DNA from: Amoebidium appalachense
Lineage: Eukaryota > Protista > Ichthyosporea
DNA length: 64,000 nt
Direction of reading: 5' to 3'
Assembly (NCBI GenBank): GCA_963693365.1
Contig: CAVNZM010000001.1
Location: forward strand, 4,852,907 to 4,916,906
Positions 60,253 to 64,000 of this stretch are shown here, in pieces (within the stretch, counting starts at the first letter, position 1; each line of letters starts with the position of its first letter). A program made the translations under genes and the position numbers. Below the pieces are notes generated by a model. It was given only the letters and a program-made list of their open reading frames with translations, did not search any database and was not told the origin of the DNA.

Positions 60253-61037
60253 TGAGGATAAAGTACCATGCCCAAACATCCCCCCGGCCTCCCCTTGAGG
60301 TCTCCGGGGGGTGGCTGCGTCAGTCTTTCTTACTCCATATGATCCCCCCCCCCCCCCCCCCCCAAAAAAAAAAAAAAAAAAAAATCCCCACCCCACACCC
60401 CATATCCCGCACGCACCGCAAATTCCTCCCTTTGACCAACATGCGCACTACTTCGAAATGCCATTGGGCCATGTGGGCGACATTTGCAACTGACGGGCAC
60501 ATGCATGGCATAGCAAGAGCAGGTTGGCGCCGGCAGTCCGAGACGACCTGAGTTCGGAGCAGAACAATTAAAGCAACCCCTCCAGAATTAAATCACTTCA
60601 ATCCAACTGTGGACTGAAACACGACCGAAATTATCAGAATCACTGAGACGGCATTGCCAATATCGCAAGTGAACGGCCACACACGTGCACATACATGTAC
60701 ACACACACACACACACACCATGACACACGCATACACGGTCACACACACACACACACACCCGTTCACACACTTATGCACACACGCATACACGCACACACAC
60801 ACGCACGCACACACACACGCCGTGATATACACACAAACATCACACACGCATGTGTACACACACACATGTACATGTCCTCGATCAGGCTCGGTCAGGCTCA
60901 GCGGAAGCTGCTGCAGCATCAATTCACTACAGCACACACACATCACAGGCACACACGTGCACACATACCGGGACAAGCAGACACGCAGATCTAGACAAGC
61001 ACGCGTACAGAGACACACAAGCACGCACACGCGAGCG

Positions 61038-61098
<61 letters not shown>

Positions 61099-61904
61099 CA
61101 CACGAGCAGTACTGGGCGCGCGTGCAGTGCCACGTGGCGCATGCGTATGTGTGCGTCTCTACGTATACGTACGTGTTCGTGTGTGCTCATGCGCTGTGTT
61201 CCGTTTTCAATTTCCATTACAGGGGTCATTCAGGATTAAGATAATTCACCTCTACTATGAGATAAATAGTACTAGAGTTTTTGGAACTTCTAAGTTCTGG
61301 GGGCTACCATGGCTAGGGGAAAAATAATAAGAAAACGTGGGGGGGGGGGGGGGAGGGGGGGGAAGGATCGGGAGGGGGCCACTGTTGCTTCCCATATTTC
61401 ATACAGAGGCTACTATAGGCTGTACATGTGCACTTTAAATGCTTGACTGAGAACAAGAATCGGATGGGGTTCCATCATCATACGGTTTCTCTGCCGTAGG
61501 GTTCGTTATCATATTCTCCCTCTCCCTCCCCCCCCCCCCCCCCCCCCCCCTCCCCCTCCCCCCCCCCCCCTCCCCCCCCTCCCCCCCCCCCCCCCCCCCC
61601 CGCCCTCCCCCCGCGCCCCCTTGTCCTGTGGGTCCTTTTTCTTGGCTGCAGGAGGCGCGCTCTTTTCTTTTCTCTCTCTCTCTTTTTTTTTTTTGTGGGG
61701 GGGGGGGGGGGGGCACGCAAAACACACACACACGCGGTGCACCGTGACACGGACACACACACACAGACACATTGCGATACACACACGTGCACATACACAC
61801 ATAATTAAAAGCACACAAGATAACACACCCAGTGACAAGCGAACATGAATTACAAATATTCACACAGATATATATGTATGTGCACATTTTTGCAGAAAGG
61901 TGCC

Positions 61905-62480
<576 letters not shown>

Positions 62481-64000
62481 GCTTTCTTGGTCTATCAGAC
62501 CGAATTAACCGAATTTACCTGTTGTGTCGGACCACTGTATGTACAAGTCATTTAGCTATAAACAGCATCATGGCAGGAGCACCACGGCCGGGCACAATGG
62601 TTGAGCACCAGCTGTTGGCACACACGTGCATAGCCCAGCAGACACCCTGTGACCATGGGCCATGACAGAATGGCACACGTGCGTGGTGAGAGGTGGTGTC
62701 AGGTGACAGTCAGTGTGGCATATCATCTGCTATGGCAGGCTGTGAAATTTCGGGGGTTTGTGGCCACAGAATTGTCCTTGAAACATCGAAAAATGTCCCG
62801 AACTATGCAAGGTTAGGTCCACCAGTTTTTCAACCAGTAGCTCTAAAACAGCCAAACCCATAAAAACAATAATCCAAGAAAACGTTGGTGGCTCTATTAG
62901 GGCCATCCTGGCATCCAGGCAGAGGAAAAGACCAAAAAAAAAAGTTCACAATTCACACCCTGACCAGTGGCATGCACGGCTTTTGCATGATTACGTCATT
63001 TCGCACAGATGAGTTCGAACGGTGCACAGGCTCGTAGCTACATCATGTAGTGAGCCTGTGCACCGTTCACTATCTAACAGCCCAAATAGCCCTGAAGTAA
63101 GCATTAGGCACCACACCTCAACAAATAAAAGTCCTGCCATCCAAACCACCGCTATTGTGCTACAGATAGATACAGGACATGGGGCCTGCAGGAGGTCTGG
63201 TCCATAAGTCGATAAACATTGTTTGCATGTAAACGATTTTTTTATTATTTGTTTTTTAATTATATAATACTTTATTTTTGTAAACGTGCTTTCTTGTACA
63301 GTACGAGCGTGGTGCGCCCCGCTAGATGTGCAGAGCTATCCGGGGCAGATGTGCCCGAACTTAGTTTTTTCTTGTTCTGGTATTCTAGTATGCACTTGCT
63401 ACTGGATAACTCGCGAAGCGCTTTTTTTTTCTTTCTTTCTTTTTTTTTTTCCCCCCACAATAACATATCTCTCTGTTGAATAAAAAATTCAGTCCAAAAC
63501 TTTCTGTGGTCTCGAGGGTATGGGGTGACGAAATCGGAATGTTAATCACTAAACATGATTGGTGGTTTTATATCAATGGCATGCGGCCTTGGATCGCACA
63601 CTGACACTGCTGAGTGCGCACTGCACAGTCACACTGCTCACACACGCCACACTCCACACACACATTTCACCCGGCACATATTGGTCTAAACATAAAGAAC
63701 TAATCATCCATAACACATGAGCAAAGCCAGGCACACTGTCGTGTTCATGTCTTATCATAGCGGGTTATTCTGCCCGTCTCGATGGTCTTCACATGTAGGA
63801 GTTTTACATAGCTTTACACATGTAGGGGCTCCGTAACACAAACACAGTGTCCCCAAACAAGATGTGTTTGCTGCTCCCCTCCCTGTCCAACAGCACGTCA
63901 CGCAACCATTGTCACGATCATGAGTGAAATCTTCAATGAAATGGGCCGAACTCAACACACATAGCTATACCTACACGTTTTCACGCAGATAACAAAATTT

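Overview
Eukaryotic genomic DNA that is intron-rich and dense in microsatellites and G/C homopolymers. The gene content (LRR, C2, PDZ, CAMK-like kinase) suggests a unicellular opisthokont or holozoan, but the organism cannot be identified from this window. Most ORFs in the supplied track are translations of simple repeats. By joining exons by hand I reconstructed five genes: (1) a minus-strand gene of at least 12 exons (12325 to beyond the left edge) encoding about 8 leucine-rich repeats, a C2 domain and the probable start of a WW domain, i.e. a possible LRR-fused NEDD4/Rsp5-type E3 ligase; (2) a minus-strand non-RD Ser/Thr kinase; (3) an intronless single-PDZ (syntenin-PDZ1-like) gene with a TATA box; (4) a plus-strand mitochondrial-type CDF metal transporter (MMT1/MTP6-like) with a GC-AG intron; (5) a DnaJ C-terminal-domain protein with no J domain. 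Also present are a heavily decayed Ty1/Copia relic (about 21.7-26.9 kb), a 24-bp minisatellite with higher-order structure, and a tandem tRNA-derived Pol III/SINE-like unit with two hairpins sharing one loop sequence. The most striking window-wide pattern is in the introns: poly-C follows weak 5' splice sites and (CA)n runs into the 3' AG, on the sense strand of oppositely oriented genes. No CRISPR array, rRNA or intact tRNA was found.
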